A stretch of DNA of 32,000 nucleotides from Microcystis aeruginosa NIES-843 (GTDB taxonomy: Bacteria > Cyanobacteriota > Cyanobacteriia > Cyanobacteriales > Microcystaceae). The notes beneath the pieces are model-generated. The model had not been told where the DNA came from. It searched no databases and saw only the letters and a list, made by a program, of their open reading frames with translations. Positions within the stretch are counted from its first letter, which is position 1. Each line of letters begins with the position of its first letter. A program made the translations under genes and the position numbers. The DNA lies in assembly GCF_000010625.1 (NCBI RefSeq), contig NC_010296.1:2340001-2372000 (forward strand), read 5' to 3'. Below are positions 8,290 to 17,783 of this stretch, piece by piece.

Positions 8290-8311
8290 TCCCCTCAAAA
8301 ATTGCTTTTTT

Positions 8312-8343
8312 CGGGGTTGAAACATTTTCAACCCCGATTTTTA
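8312..8343 (+). terminator. Rho-independent terminator downstream of the ClpC-like gene
   Basis: CGGGGTTGAAA-CAT-TTTCAACCCCG (11-bp stem) followed by ATTTTTA. Confidence 0.6.
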
Positions 8344-8347
8344 TCAT

Positions 8348-8417
8348 CTAAGTAGCTGGTTATAATTAAATTAAAAATGGATTTTAGGTTCGATCCCCCC
8401 TGCCCTCCTTGATAAGG
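8348..8417. repeat. Right half of the MITE-like element (inverted relative to 181-250)
   Basis: The reverse complement reads ...GGCAGGGGGGATCGAACCTAAAATCCATTTTTAATTTAATTATAACCAGCTACTTAG, nearly identical to 195-250. Confidence 0.8.
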
Positions 8418-8444
8418 TAGGGTTGATTCATGAATCAACCCTAC
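8417..8444. repeat. 28-bp perfect palindrome GTAGGGTTGATTCATGAATCAACCCTAC
   Basis: Read directly. It sits between the convergent ClpC-like gene and ORF 8444-8686, overlapping the latter's stop codon. Confidence 0.9.
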
Positions 8445-8686
8445 TATTTAGGGAACCAGCGTTCTTGAATTTGATTAATCGCCCAGCTTAAAATCGCCCC
8501 CGCAATTAAAATACTAATAGCAGGATTGAATAGGGGCAGCCAAAGACGCTGAAAAAGTTTAAATCCTAGGGGAATTCCCGTGGATTCACCGATAACAGCC
8601 ACGGCAAACCAGAGAAAGCCCGCTATTACTAAAAACACATCAAATATTAAGATTCTATTCAACCACTTGACAAATTGCTCTTTCAT
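8444..8686 (-). CDS. Small hypothetical membrane protein (2 TM helices)
   Basis: 80 aa with hydrophobic segments ILIFDVFLVIAGFLWFAVAVIG and LFNPAISILIAGAILSWAI. Confidence 0.5.
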   Translation of the reverse strand: MKEQFVKWLNRILIFDVFLVIAGFLWFAVAVIGESTGIPLGFKLFQRLWLPLFNPAISILIAGAILSWAINQIQERWFPK

Positions 8687-8745
8687 TGCCTTAAAAACTT
8701 AGGTTATTTAACAGTTTATTCACGAAAAAGTATAGCACTGTCACC

Positions 8746-10272
8746 TTAATCCCAAGCTCTCCAGAGCCAAGCGAGTCCGGCAGTAATGATTAAAACTTTA
8801 GTTAACCAATCTCCCCAGCGCACATATAAAGTTCTCGTATCCCGTCGATAAATTGTTTCGCTATGGATTTGATATTTATCTAAATCCGATAGCCAAAGGT
8901 GATTACCGTGGGGATCGACAAAAGCAGAATAACCTGTATTGGTGGCCCGGGCCATCCATCGATCGGTTTCGATCGCTCGCATGGTATCCTGAGCATGGTG
9001 TTGAGCGGGCATGGCGTGGCTATAATGGGCGTTATTAGAAGCAGTAATAATAAATTCGCCTCCCCTAGCAGTTTGACGGCGAAAATGTTCGGAAAAAGCC
9101 GACTCGTAACAAATGCCCACAATTATTTGACCGAAAGGGCTGTCAATAATTTGATCAGGATTTCCCTGGATTAAATGCGCTTGCAAGGGAGAAAGGCGAT
9201 CAACAATTCCGCCCAAAATTTCCTGAAAAGGAACGTATTCGCCTAAAGGCACGAGAATTACTTTATCATACCGACTAATCACCTGTCCCTCGCCATCAAT
9301 GGTCAAGAGACTATTGTTATAACCCTTGTCCACCTTGCCAAATGCACCTAACCAGATCGGCGTTTTTTTGGCTAAAATTGCCGAATAAATCGAGCTATTA
9401 TTGACTAAGTTCTCCCAATAGTAGGGTAAGGCCGTTTCAGGAGTTAAGACGGCATCTACTCCTCGATCGGCGAGAATTTGATAACCAGAGGTGTAACCTT
9501 CGAGCGCCTTTTGAAATCCCAGGGGCGAAAGTTTAATCGTGTTGGCAATATTGCCCTGAATGACGCCAATTTTTATCCCTAAATCCCTTGACTTTTCGAT
9601 CGGTTTATGGTAAACATTCCATCCCCAGAGATGGAGGCTAAAACAAATGAGGAGGGGTAAAGAGAGAAAAGCGAGATTTTGCCGCGATTGACGGATTAGG
9701 AGCAAGCTTTCGGCGATTAAACCGTTAACTGCCACAATTGCCGCCGTTACCGTCGTAAAACCCGATAATTTGCCCAATTGCAGAATCAATAAATTATGGG
9801 GACTTTGACTATAAGCAAGGGTAGTCCACCAGAGAGGGGATTGACTCCAGAGAGATTCTAACCCACACCAGAGGGCAGTACCGATGAAAACCCGTAGGAG
9901 GGCATCCCGAAAAGATGACTGATTAACACTTTTGTTGACATAAAACATGACTAACGTCCAAGTTAGCACGATCGCCGTTCCCCAAAAAGTAATAAACAAC
10001 CAACAAAACAGGGCAATTAACAAACTCGCTAACCAGGGGACACCCATCCACGTCATCGGGTGAATTCCCGTGATCCAGAATAAAGCGAGGCCATGGTAGG
10101 CAAAACCCCAGCCAAAACCGTATAAAAGCGGTTTTTTTAGGGATTTTTCCGCTAATCTCACAACAATCCACAGGGGGACGAGAGAAATCCAAGCGAGTAA
10201 CCACCAAGAAACCGGTGCTACTGTTAACCCCATCCCCACACCGGCCAAAATTGCCCAGAGAAAACGCACCAT
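8746..10272 (-). CDS. lnt: Apolipoprotein N-acyltransferase
   Basis: 508 aa with a polytopic N-terminus plus a C-terminal CN-hydrolase domain. Lnt triad contexts are present: 'LTPETAL', 'YDKVILVPLGEYVP', 'GICYESAF'. Confidence 0.9.
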   Translation of the reverse strand: MVRFLWAILAGVGMGLTVAPVSWWLLAWISLVPLWIVVRLAEKSLKKPLLYGFGWGFAYHGLALFWITGIHPMTWMGVPWLASLLIALFCWLFITFWGTAIVLTWTLVMFYVNKSVNQSSFRDALLRVFIGTALWCGLESLWSQSPLWWTTLAYSQSPHNLLILQLGKLSGFTTVTAAIVAVNGLIAESLLLIRQSRQNLAFLSLPLLICFSLHLWGWNVYHKPIEKSRDLGIKIGVIQGNIANTIKLSPLGFQKALEGYTSGYQILADRGVDAVLTPETALPYYWENLVNNSSIYSAILAKKTPIWLGAFGKVDKGYNNSLLTIDGEGQVISRYDKVILVPLGEYVPFQEILGGIVDRLSPLQAHLIQGNPDQIIDSPFGQIIVGICYESAFSEHFRRQTARGGEFIITASNNAHYSHAMPAQHHAQDTMRAIETDRWMARATNTGYSAFVDPHGNHLWLSDLDKYQIHSETIYRRDTRTLYVRWGDWLTKVLIITAGLAWLWRAWD

Positions 10273-10496
10273 CTTTCACTCCAGTCAGGTTAAACTCCTC
10301 TGACCTACTAGATCAGAGTAGCTAGAGGGAAGACAAAACACAAGAGACATACAGAAGTTTTGGCTACATCTACAATAGATCAGTTAGCGAGTAAAAAAGC
10401 CCTTCCGTGAGATGCTATGGCAAGCTATAGACTCAGACAAACAGGGAGATGGGGAATGTCACCCTCACCCTGAAAGCCTAAACTCGGACTGAATAA

Positions 10497-11267
10497 GTGA
10501 TTGAATACATGGATAATTTTAACCCCAAATTAACGGCTCTGGCTCTTGTCTTGAATGTCGAGGAAAATCTCGAAGATATTTTTCGGAAAATAGCTAGTAT
10601 GAGCGCTCATCAATTGCGAGCGCGGCACTGTTCAATTATGTTAAGCTCTCCACAGGAATTAAAAGGGGAAATTACCGATTATCTAGAAGTTTTTGCCCAT
10701 TATGATGATCTATCACCCTTGGCTGATCAAGAAATAATTAAACTCGATCAAGTTATTGCCGACAGTGTAGCGGCCACAGGAAAACCTTTACTAATTAAGG
10801 ATATCACTCGATCGCCATTTTCCAGTGCAGCCCCTTATCCCAAAAGAGCAAATAATAATAGTTTTATATCCGTACCGATTATCCTAAACGAGCAGGTAAT
10901 CGGAGTAATTAATCTCAGTTTTCCCCTAGACAAAAAACATTTTGAACCATTAGATTTAGAAATCTTGCAGTTATTCGCTCAACAGGCTGCCCAATCCCTG
11001 CAAATTTTTCATTTGCAAGGGATGTTAAAATCTCGTTTTGTGGCGATGGCAGTGACTAGGGAAATAGCAGAAATTCAGTCCGAACATTTGATCGCTGTCC
11101 CTCCTTATCCCCCAAAATTAGCCAAAATTGTCGCTAAGGCTTTTTTTAAAGAATTGACTCAGGCCGGTTTTGGAACCCATCAAGTTATTGAGATTGCTAA
11201 TGAGGTTTTGAATTTACTACAAAAGACCCTTAATAAACATAAAAATCGTCTGGAAGCAAAAGATTGA
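10497..11267 (+). CDS. GAF domain-containing protein (alternative ATG start at 10509)
   Basis: GAF-like core 'HCSIMLSS...GKPLLIKDI...FISVPIILNEQVIGVINLSF' followed by a helical C-terminal tail. Confidence 0.7.
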   Translation: MIEYMDNFNPKLTALALVLNVEENLEDIFRKIASMSAHQLRARHCSIMLSSPQELKGEITDYLEVFAHYDDLSPLADQEIIKLDQVIADSVAATGKPLLIKDITRSPFSSAAPYPKRANNNSFISVPIILNEQVIGVINLSFPLDKKHFEPLDLEILQLFAQQAAQSLQIFHLQGMLKSRFVAMAVTREIAEIQSEHLIAVPPYPPKLAKIVAKAFFKELTQAGFGTHQVIEIANEVLNLLQKTLNKHKNRLEAKD

Positions 11268-11358
11268 GCGCTAGTCAAGGGTTAAAATCGACTAACTTGC
11301 CACTCCAGTAGCGTCTTAAGGAGTAATTGAGATAGTTAACAGCTTAATTGGTTGTTGT

Positions 11359-11820
11359 TTACTGATTACCGCTGCCGTCCTGCCGTCCTAATTCATAGAC
11401 ACCACAGGCAACACAGGCGAGAATACCGACACTAATCGGCCAACTTTTTCCTAAACTAATCTCGATTAACCAATCGGAGAAACCGCCGAGAATGAGAAAG
11501 GGAATAATACTAAAGATAGAGGCATAAAAAGCATTTTGGGATTCTCTGGCGAGGCGAGTTTTTTCAAACTCCTCTAGGGAAGTATAGAGGAAACGCTCGG
11601 CAAAATTAAACCAGCCATAGAAAATTTCTATAAACCAATTTCGCACCCCAGCTAACCCCAGATACAATGCTAAAGACCAGAGACAGCTACCGGCAATAAA
11701 GGCCGGGGAAATATTGATAGTGAAGGGCAGAAAGTCGATTACCATAAATGAGAGCCACAGGAGTGATAAATTTGAGCGAGCGGCTTGATCGATCTTAACA
11801 AGTCTTGACCCTGGCACCAA
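11359..11820 (-). CDS. Hypothetical membrane protein (TTG start at 11820 doubtful; ATG at 11745 possible)
   Basis: 3-4 hydrophobic helices with no recognisable family. Its 5' end abuts the right end of a TnpB relic. Confidence 0.5.
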   Translation of the reverse strand: MVPGSRLVKIDQAARSNLSLLWLSFMVIDFLPFTINISPAFIAGSCLWSLALYLGLAGVRNWFIEIFYGWFNFAERFLYTSLEEFEKTRLARESQNAFYASIFSIIPFLILGGFSDWLIEISLGKSWPISVGILACVACGVYELGRQDGSGNQ

Positions 11821-12215
11821 AAAGTTGACATCCTCACCGCCGGGGCCGGACGGTGATTTCCAAACCTGACGATTTGGGTTTCTGTTTGGGGTCCCTTACC
11901 CGGTTTCGCGGCTGCCTTAACAGATTTACCCCCCTCTGGTCATCAGGTCGCCACCAGGACTGGGAAAATGGGGAAATGGGGAAATTCAACTAAAACCCCT
12001 TCGCTGTGATTTCTCTGTGTTCTGACATGAAGAGCTTTATTGTCAACTAATCTTACACCGCCCAAGGTGCGCCGCAATAGCGACTCTTGTTCTGGTGTTG
12101 GGTAAAATCGGTAGCGATCGGCTTTCCCCATACCTGACGTTCTGGCATATATCCTGTAAATGCGCTAGTATTTAACAGTAAATCCAACCTAGAACGGCGG
12201 GGTTTCAGACCCAAT
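11821..12215 (-). mobile_element. Internally deleted IS200/IS605-family (TnpB) relic
   Basis: ORF 11943-12131 begins 'MGKADRYRFYPTPEQESLLRRTLGGVRLVDNKAL', a TnpB/OrfB N-terminal signature, then degenerates into GGGGAAAT repeats. The 3' portion keeps GGAAATCACCGTCCGGCCCCGGCGGTGAGGATGTCAAC (11824-11861, minus). A subterminal left-end hairpin GGGTCTGAAACCC is present. Confidence 0.65.
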
Positions 12216-12222
12216 TTTTTTG

Positions 12223-13212
12223 ATGAAAAGTTTTTTTAAGAAACCTTATCGGTTAGGAATTTTGATGCTTGTATCGACAAGTTTAATGGCCTGTAGTGCC
12301 TTAAACTATAGCTCTTTTACGGAACTCGTGCCATCTTTCTCTCCCGCTCCTTCTCCCTCTCCTTTAGATGCGGCAACTTTACTTATTTTAGAGAATAAAA
12401 TCTATCAACAGGTCAATCGCTATCGTCAATCTCGTAATTTATCTCCCCTACTGTTAAATCGAGCAATTTCGCAACAGGCAAGATTACATAGCCAACGTAT
12501 GGCCGCGGGTTTAGTTCCTTTTAGTCATCAAGATTTTGACAAAAGAGCGCAAACTATTGGTGTTTCGGTTCCCTATCAAGCGGTGGGGGAAAATGTGGCA
12601 GTTAATCAAGGTTATGATGACCCGGTAATGATTGCGGTGGATGGTTGGATTAAAAGTCAAGGTCATCGGGAAAATATGGAGGGAGATTTTGATAGTACCG
12701 GGATTGGAGTAGCGACGGATAATCAAGGGAAATTGTACTTTACTCAAATATTTCTAAAACGTCAATCCGATCCTGTTTCTACTAATTCCCTTAGCTACGA
12801 TTCTATCGAGAATAAATCTTTTTTAATCCCCCTCGAAGAAAACACTAATTATCAAGTTAATCGCTACCGAATTTCTCAAAATTTACCGCCCCTACGTCTC
12901 GATGCTCGTATTAGTCATGAAGCTCGCTTATTTAGTCAAAAAATGGCCCATAAACAGGCTCCTTTTAGTCATGATGGTTTTGAGGGAAGAGTCAAGGCAG
13001 TACAAAGGAAGATTCCTTTAGAAAAAATGGGCGAAAATTTGGCTTTTATGAAGGGATATCCTGACCCCGTTAGCGTTGCCGTCAAGGGTTGGATTAATAG
13101 CCCCGGCCATCAAAAAAATATGGTTGGTGATTATAATCTCACCGGTATCGGTATCGCTAAAAATAATGCTGGTGAATATTATTTTACACAACTTTTTGTT
13201 AAAAAGCGTTGA
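12223..13212 (+). CDS. Lipoprotein with two tandem CAP/SCP (YkwD-like) domains
   Basis: The signal peptide has the lipobox 'SLMAC'. Two repeats follow the pattern 'YQ.VNRYR....L.PL.L......A..HS..MA......FSH..F..R......GEN.A...GY.DPV..AV.GWI.S.GH..NM.GD...TGIG.A......YFTQ.F'. Confidence 0.8.
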   Translation: MKSFFKKPYRLGILMLVSTSLMACSALNYSSFTELVPSFSPAPSPSPLDAATLLILENKIYQQVNRYRQSRNLSPLLLNRAISQQARLHSQRMAAGLVPFSHQDFDKRAQTIGVSVPYQAVGENVAVNQGYDDPVMIAVDGWIKSQGHRENMEGDFDSTGIGVATDNQGKLYFTQIFLKRQSDPVSTNSLSYDSIENKSFLIPLEENTNYQVNRYRISQNLPPLRLDARISHEARLFSQKMAHKQAPFSHDGFEGRVKAVQRKIPLEKMGENLAFMKGYPDPVSVAVKGWINSPGHQKNMVGDYNLTGIGIAKNNAGEYYFTQLFVKKR

Positions 13213-13272
13213 CAAAATTACCCCGATGATACCTAAAATTAATTACCAGTCTTTAGCTATCAGCCTTTTCGG

Positions 13273-13328
13273 TGATCAGTTATCAGTTATCAGTTATCAG
13301 TTATCAGTTATCAGTGATCAGTTATCAG
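13273..13328. repeat. Heptamer microsatellite (T[T/G]ATCAG) x8
   Basis: Read directly. The reverse-complement family (CTGATAA) occurs at 19338-19372. Confidence 0.95.
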
Positions 13329-13373
13329 GGAAATAAAGGCACTCGTGCAATAGGCAAAAGCATTACAAATTTC

Positions 13374-13408
<35 letters not shown>

Positions 13409-13420
13409 TCTGCTAACTAT

Positions 13421-14050
13421 ATGAACTTAGACAATTTTCAAGTGTGCGATCGAGATTTAAGCGATGACCTATTATCCCGTTATCTAGGGGTTAATTCGAT
13501 CGCTGTAGATACAGAAACTATGGGATTAATACCGGGGCGCGATCGACTGTGTTTAATTCAACTCTGTGATCCCAGTGGTTTTGTCACTGCCATTCGGGTT
13601 TTTAGGGGGCAAACAGAGGCTCCTAATCTCAAAAAGGTCATGGAAGATGAGCGGATAGAAAAAGTCTTTCATTTCGCCCGTTTTGATGTGGCTCAATTGT
13701 CCCAAACTTTTGGCATTGCCACTAAACCGATTTTCTGTACCAAAATCGCCAGTAAACTGGCTCGGACTTATACCAGCAGTCACGGTTTAAAAAGTCTCGT
13801 GCAGGAATTGGAAGGCATAGAATTAGACAAAACCGCTCAGAGTTCTGATTGGGGAAATGCCGCTAATCTCACCCCACAACAACTGAGTTATGCTGCTAAC
13901 GATGTGCGCTATTTACTGTCAGTGCGAGATAAATTAATTGTGATGCTGCAAAGAGAAGAAAGATGGGAATTAGCCCAAAAGTGCTTTAGTTGTATCCCCA
14001 TCTTCACCGCTTTAGATTTACAGCAATACAAAGATATATTTGAGCATTAG
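13421..14050 (+). CDS. 3'-5' exonuclease, RNase D-like DEDDy domain only (no HRDC)
   Basis: Exo motifs 'AVDTETMGL', 'KVFHFARFDV' and 'SYAANDVRYL'. At 209 aa it is shorter than full RNase D. Confidence 0.85.
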   Translation: MNLDNFQVCDRDLSDDLLSRYLGVNSIAVDTETMGLIPGRDRLCLIQLCDPSGFVTAIRVFRGQTEAPNLKKVMEDERIEKVFHFARFDVAQLSQTFGIATKPIFCTKIASKLARTYTSSHGLKSLVQELEGIELDKTAQSSDWGNAANLTPQQLSYAANDVRYLLSVRDKLIVMLQREERWELAQKCFSCIPIFTALDLQQYKDIFEH

Positions 14051-14103
14051 TCAGCAAAAGTTACAGTCTATTTAATAAGTAAATAGAAGAGAGATTTTGT
14101 CTT

Positions 14104-14206
14104 TGATCCCCCCTTAATCCCCCCTTGATAAGGGGGGTGCTGATCCCCCCTTAATCCCCCCTTAATAAGGGGGGTATCTGACAATTTTTAACACCCACCT
14201 ACTTAG
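14104..14206. repeat. Left half of the MITE-like element (inverted relative to 97-~205)
   Basis: The reverse complement CTAAGTAGGTGGGTGTTAAAAATTGTCAGATACCCCCCTTATTAAGGGGGGATTAAGGGGGG... closely matches 97 onward. Confidence 0.8.
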
Positions 14207-14254
14207 TATGATTGACTCCCAATCGAACTTTAAAAACCCAGTTATGGATGGTTT

Positions 14255-14300
14255 CTTCCCACTTCCCCACTTCCCCACTTCCCCACTTCCCCACTTCCAT
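14255..14300. repeat. Octamer microsatellite (ACTTCCCC)n
   Basis: Read directly. The same unit recurs in the 21788-21917 array. Confidence 0.9.
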
Positions 14301-14419
14301 CACTGTTTACTGATCACTGAAAATGCTCTCTAGGGCCAAAAGCTGCCAAGATCACAAAAAAGACCGCTATGATCGAAAATAGAAATCATCGTCATTGGTA
14401 GAGAATAGGTAAAAAATCT

Positions 14420-15070
14420 ATGACATCTTATGCGGCCTCCTCTGCACGAGCCGAAATGAGCGAACTTCGGCGCCTAAAAACCCTACTACCTCCAGAGTTA
14501 CAAAGTTGGGTAACGGTAGAAGGTTCCACAGAGGTTAATCCCCCCCTGATCCGTTGTGAAGAAATTGGCAGAGATGAGGTAGAAATTCAGATAGATTTAG
14601 CCAAATGGGAAAATTTAGCCATCGATCAGCGTAATTTGCTCTTTTGGCATGAAGTCGCCAGGATTCAAAATGATAGTATTCCCCGGGAAGGCTGGGAAAT
14701 GGCCGCCCTCGCTATTGGCTTAGGTGGTGCGGTGGGGGAATTATGGGTACAGGACGGGTTATTATTGCTTTTGGCTATGGGATTATGTGGGATTTCCGGT
14801 TATCGTCTCTGGCGCAAAAATAATGGCGATAAAATTCTCAAAGAAGCGATCGAAGCCGATGAAAAAGCGATCGCCTTGGCCACCCGTTTCGGTTATTCTC
14901 TCCCCAACGCCTACAAGAGCCTAGGCAGTGCCTTTAAAACCCTAATTGAACAAACGCCCAACCGTCGTCTGCGTAAGCGTTATGAGACCCGTTTAGATGC
15001 CCTAAGAAAGAGTGCAGCCAAAGCGAAAGCCCAAACCCAAGGCCGTCCGCCCCTAGGTGAGATTCGTTAG
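14420..15070 (+). CDS. Conserved cyanobacterial hypothetical membrane protein (possibly DUF3318-type)
   Basis: 216 aa with a central hydrophobic pair (MAALAIGLGGAVGELWV / LLLLLAMGLCGISGY) and a basic C-terminal tail. The family name is from memory and is not verified. Confidence 0.55.
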   Translation: MTSYAASSARAEMSELRRLKTLLPPELQSWVTVEGSTEVNPPLIRCEEIGRDEVEIQIDLAKWENLAIDQRNLLFWHEVARIQNDSIPREGWEMAALAIGLGGAVGELWVQDGLLLLLAMGLCGISGYRLWRKNNGDKILKEAIEADEKAIALATRFGYSLPNAYKSLGSAFKTLIEQTPNRRLRKRYETRLDALRKSAAKAKAQTQGRPPLGEIR

Positions 15071-15183
15071 CCGATAATTACAGGTAATCTGTGACATTAC
15101 CCATTGGTATTTGGGGAAAAGTGTAGTAAACATTAAGTAGGTCATCAGGCCTTGTTCATCTATCAAACCACCTCGTTGTGTCG

Positions 15184-16179
15184 ATGACTTCCCAAATTCC
15201 TGAAACACGTTTTCTAATCATTCCGATGGAGTATCCGGTTTTGCGGATGCCCGATCGCTTGACTGTTCTGGAAGCAGTACAGTTCAAGGATTTGTTTCAC
15301 CATCTCATCGCCCAAACACCCACTCCCGAAAAAGTCATTCTTGATCTAAATGCCACTCAATTTATGGATAGTAGTGGTGTCGGTGCTTTAGTCCATAATC
15401 TCAAAGCGGCTAGGGAAAAAAATATCGAGTTAGTGCTGGCTAACGTCCATCCCCCAGTGATGGGGGTTTTATCGATTACGGGACTAGATCAATTATTCAC
15501 TTTCCAAACCCCTCCCCTAGCAGCCCAAGAAAACGGCTTTACTCCCACTGAAAACCATCTACCGGAAACCCATCCCTCGATTCGCAGTTGGTTAAAGCGC
15601 GGTCTTGACATTCTTGGTGGCATCGTGGGTTTATTAATCACGGGGGTTATTTTTGTCCCCATTGCTATCGCTATTAAGTTAGACAGTCCAGGTCCAATTT
15701 TTTTCAGTCAAACCCGCTGCGGTTGGTTGGGAAAGCAATTTACGATTCTTAAGTTTCGTTCCATGTGTGTGGATGCAGAAACACTCAAGGATAAAATCCC
15801 CAATCAAGCGGAGGGAGCTTTTTTTAAGAATAAAAATGATCCCAGGATTACCCGGGTAGGAAAATTTTTACGTCGTACCAGCTTAGACGAATTGCCCCAG
15901 TTTTGGAATGTGATCACCGGTGAAATGAGTCTTGTCGGCACTCGTCCCCCCACACCGGATGAGGTGGAACGCTACGATGTTCCCCAATGGCAACGTTTAG
16001 ATGTAAAACCCGGTATGACGGGGGAATGGCAGGTGAATGGTCGCTCTCAGGTGCGTAATTTTGAAGAAGTAATTCAACTAGATTTGCGCTATCAGGAAAA
16101 TTGGAGTTTAGGCTACGATCTACAACTGATTTTTAAAACAATTTTGATTCTCTTTCAAAAAAACAGTGGTGCCTTCTGA
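15184..16179 (+). CDS. STAS domain fused to a small phosphoglycosyl transferase (bacterial sugar transferase family); alternative GTG start at 15178
   Basis: The N-terminal STAS domain carries the phospho-acceptor-type motif 'FMDSSGVGALV' (D at 15367-15369). The C-terminal part has 'LKRGLDILGG..', 'KLDSPGPIFFSQTRCG..GKQFTILKFRSM', 'DPRITRVGKFLRRTSLDELPQFWNVITGEMSLVGTRPP' and 'KPGMTGEWQV'. Confidence 0.85.
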   Translation: MTSQIPETRFLIIPMEYPVLRMPDRLTVLEAVQFKDLFHHLIAQTPTPEKVILDLNATQFMDSSGVGALVHNLKAAREKNIELVLANVHPPVMGVLSITGLDQLFTFQTPPLAAQENGFTPTENHLPETHPSIRSWLKRGLDILGGIVGLLITGVIFVPIAIAIKLDSPGPIFFSQTRCGWLGKQFTILKFRSMCVDAETLKDKIPNQAEGAFFKNKNDPRITRVGKFLRRTSLDELPQFWNVITGEMSLVGTRPPTPDEVERYDVPQWQRLDVKPGMTGEWQVNGRSQVRNFEEVIQLDLRYQENWSLGYDLQLIFKTILILFQKNSGAF

Positions 16180-16566
16180 AGTCTTAAATTCCCCTTCTTT
16201 CCCCCTCCAATTCCATCTACAAGTCCAGACGGAATTGGCAGCTTTAATCCCAGTCCTACAATGGTTTGAATCTCACGGCCGCTCTTTTTTACCTGACTCG
16301 GTGCTTTGGCAGTGTAAGGTGGCTTTAGCAGAAGGATTTACTAATACTGTCCGTTACGCTCACCAACATTTACCACCGACCACACCGATCGATCTAGAAT
16401 TAACTTTAAAGTCCCATTCTCTAGAAATAAGAATATGGGATCACGGTCAACCTTTTGATCTGCAAGCCAAACTCGATTCTCTACAACAACATCCCCTCGC
16501 ACCTTTGGAAATGGAAAGCGATCGAGGATTACTTTTCATGCGTTCTCTTACTGATAGTTTACAATA

Positions 16567-17783
16567 GAACTCTTGCAAATTAATTATATGTTATAATGAT
16601 GGGTTAACTAATTTTCCCCAAAAAATTAGTTAATCAGTACATTCGTCCTGAATGAAAACTTGAAGTTTAACTTTTAACTCAAAACTCTTTAGAGCTGCTT
16701 TAATTTGGTTATCAAAACCTCTTTATTTAAGCGGCACAAACTATCTCAATTTTTATAATTGAGAATAAATTCTCCTTGACTTGATTAATCTTTAGGCAAC
16801 TTTTAAGAAGCTGCTATACCTATCCCTAACTCACAGTTATAAATAGCCGCCAACAAGTTAACTCTTAAACTATATCTTCGACGACGATTCCGATATTTAC
16901 AGGATAAGATTTTAAAGATTTTGAGTTTCCTATTTATATGTTCAATGATAATCCTTTCTTTAGCTAAAGCCTTGTTATACTCTTTTTCTAACTCTGTTAA
17001 TTTTCTATTTTTCGATTTCTTTTTCGGTGTATAACTATTACTATGGTATGCAGCTATTCCCTGATAACCACTGTCTTCTATGCTGGTAGTTAAAGGATGA
17101 AAACGAACTCGACTTTTTTTAAATAAACTAAAATCATGACCTCTACCTTTCCCACAGAAGACACAGATAATTTCCTCTGTATTTTGATCAGCTACTAATT
17201 GGGATTTTAAAGTATGATAACCTCTTTTACCCGAAAAAAAATCTTTCTGTTTCTTTTGGGGGCGTTCAATGGGAGTTTCCGTTACATCCATTACCGTTAT
17301 GACCGGTATCTCTGCTTGATTGAGTAAAGCTTTTTTTCCTTTTAAACGGAAGTTTCCCGATTGTAAAAGCATTTTTTCCGTCTTATTTACAATCCGACAT
17401 ATAGTTGATTCTGATAGTTCCCAGCTTGTACCAATGTGAAAATATGTTCTATATTCTCGCCAATATTCTAACGTTACTAAAACTTGTTCTTCTATAGATA
17501 GTTTAGGTTTCGGTCCCCTTTTAGATGGTGAATTAGAGTCGGCTTCAACACTTTTTACTGATTCTACCATCTTTCTATATGTTTGTTTGTACACACCGAA
17601 ACGGCGTTTGAATTGTTCATCTGATAAGTTTTGATAATCCATAATTTTGCTAATAAACATAGCAAAATTATAGATGATTTCCTGACCTAAGATCACATTT
17701 TATTCTTTTTTCCACTTCAATCTAAGAATTGAGAAAAAAGCAAAACCTTATATTATACCATAAAAAAATTATGCAAGAGGTCT
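16567..17783 (-). mobile_element. IS5-family-type insertion sequence (DDE_Tnp_4/Harbinger-like transposase), apparently intact
   Basis: Imperfect terminal inverted repeats are GAACTCTTGCAAATTAATT (left) and AGACCTCTTGCATAATTTT (right, reverse complement). Flanking direct repeat AATA lies at 16563-16566 and 17784-17787. Excision restores an open reading frame. Confidence 0.8.
16803..17642 (-). CDS. IS transposase (HTH + DDE_Tnp_4-type); the longer ORF extends to 17696
   Basis: 'MDYQNLSDEQFKRRFGV', 'KRGPKPKLSIEEQVLVTLEYWREYRTYFHIG', and the DDE contexts 'VMDVTE', 'EDSGYQG' and 'ERIIIEHINRKLKIFKIL'. Confidence 0.85.
   Translation of the reverse strand: MDYQNLSDEQFKRRFGVYKQTYRKMVESVKSVEADSNSPSKRGPKPKLSIEEQVLVTLEYWREYRTYFHIGTSWELSESTICRIVNKTEKMLLQSGNFRLKGKKALLNQAEIPVITVMDVTETPIERPQKKQKDFFSGKRGYHTLKSQLVADQNTEEIICVFCGKGRGHDFSLFKKSRVRFHPLTTSIEDSGYQGIAAYHSNSYTPKKKSKNRKLTELEKEYNKALAKERIIIEHINRKLKIFKILSCKYRNRRRRYSLRVNLLAAIYNCELGIGIAAS

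Noticed and set aside
8853-10279. ORFs 8853-9038, 8880-9122, 8899-9174 and 9923-10279
   Set aside because: They are alternative or antisense frames within lnt.
12511-13336. ORFs 12511-12747 (-), 13018-13215 (-) and 13076-13336 (+)
   Set aside because: They are antisense or alternative frames of the CAP-domain lipoprotein gene, or read-through into the heptamer repeats (QLSVISYQLSVISDQLS).
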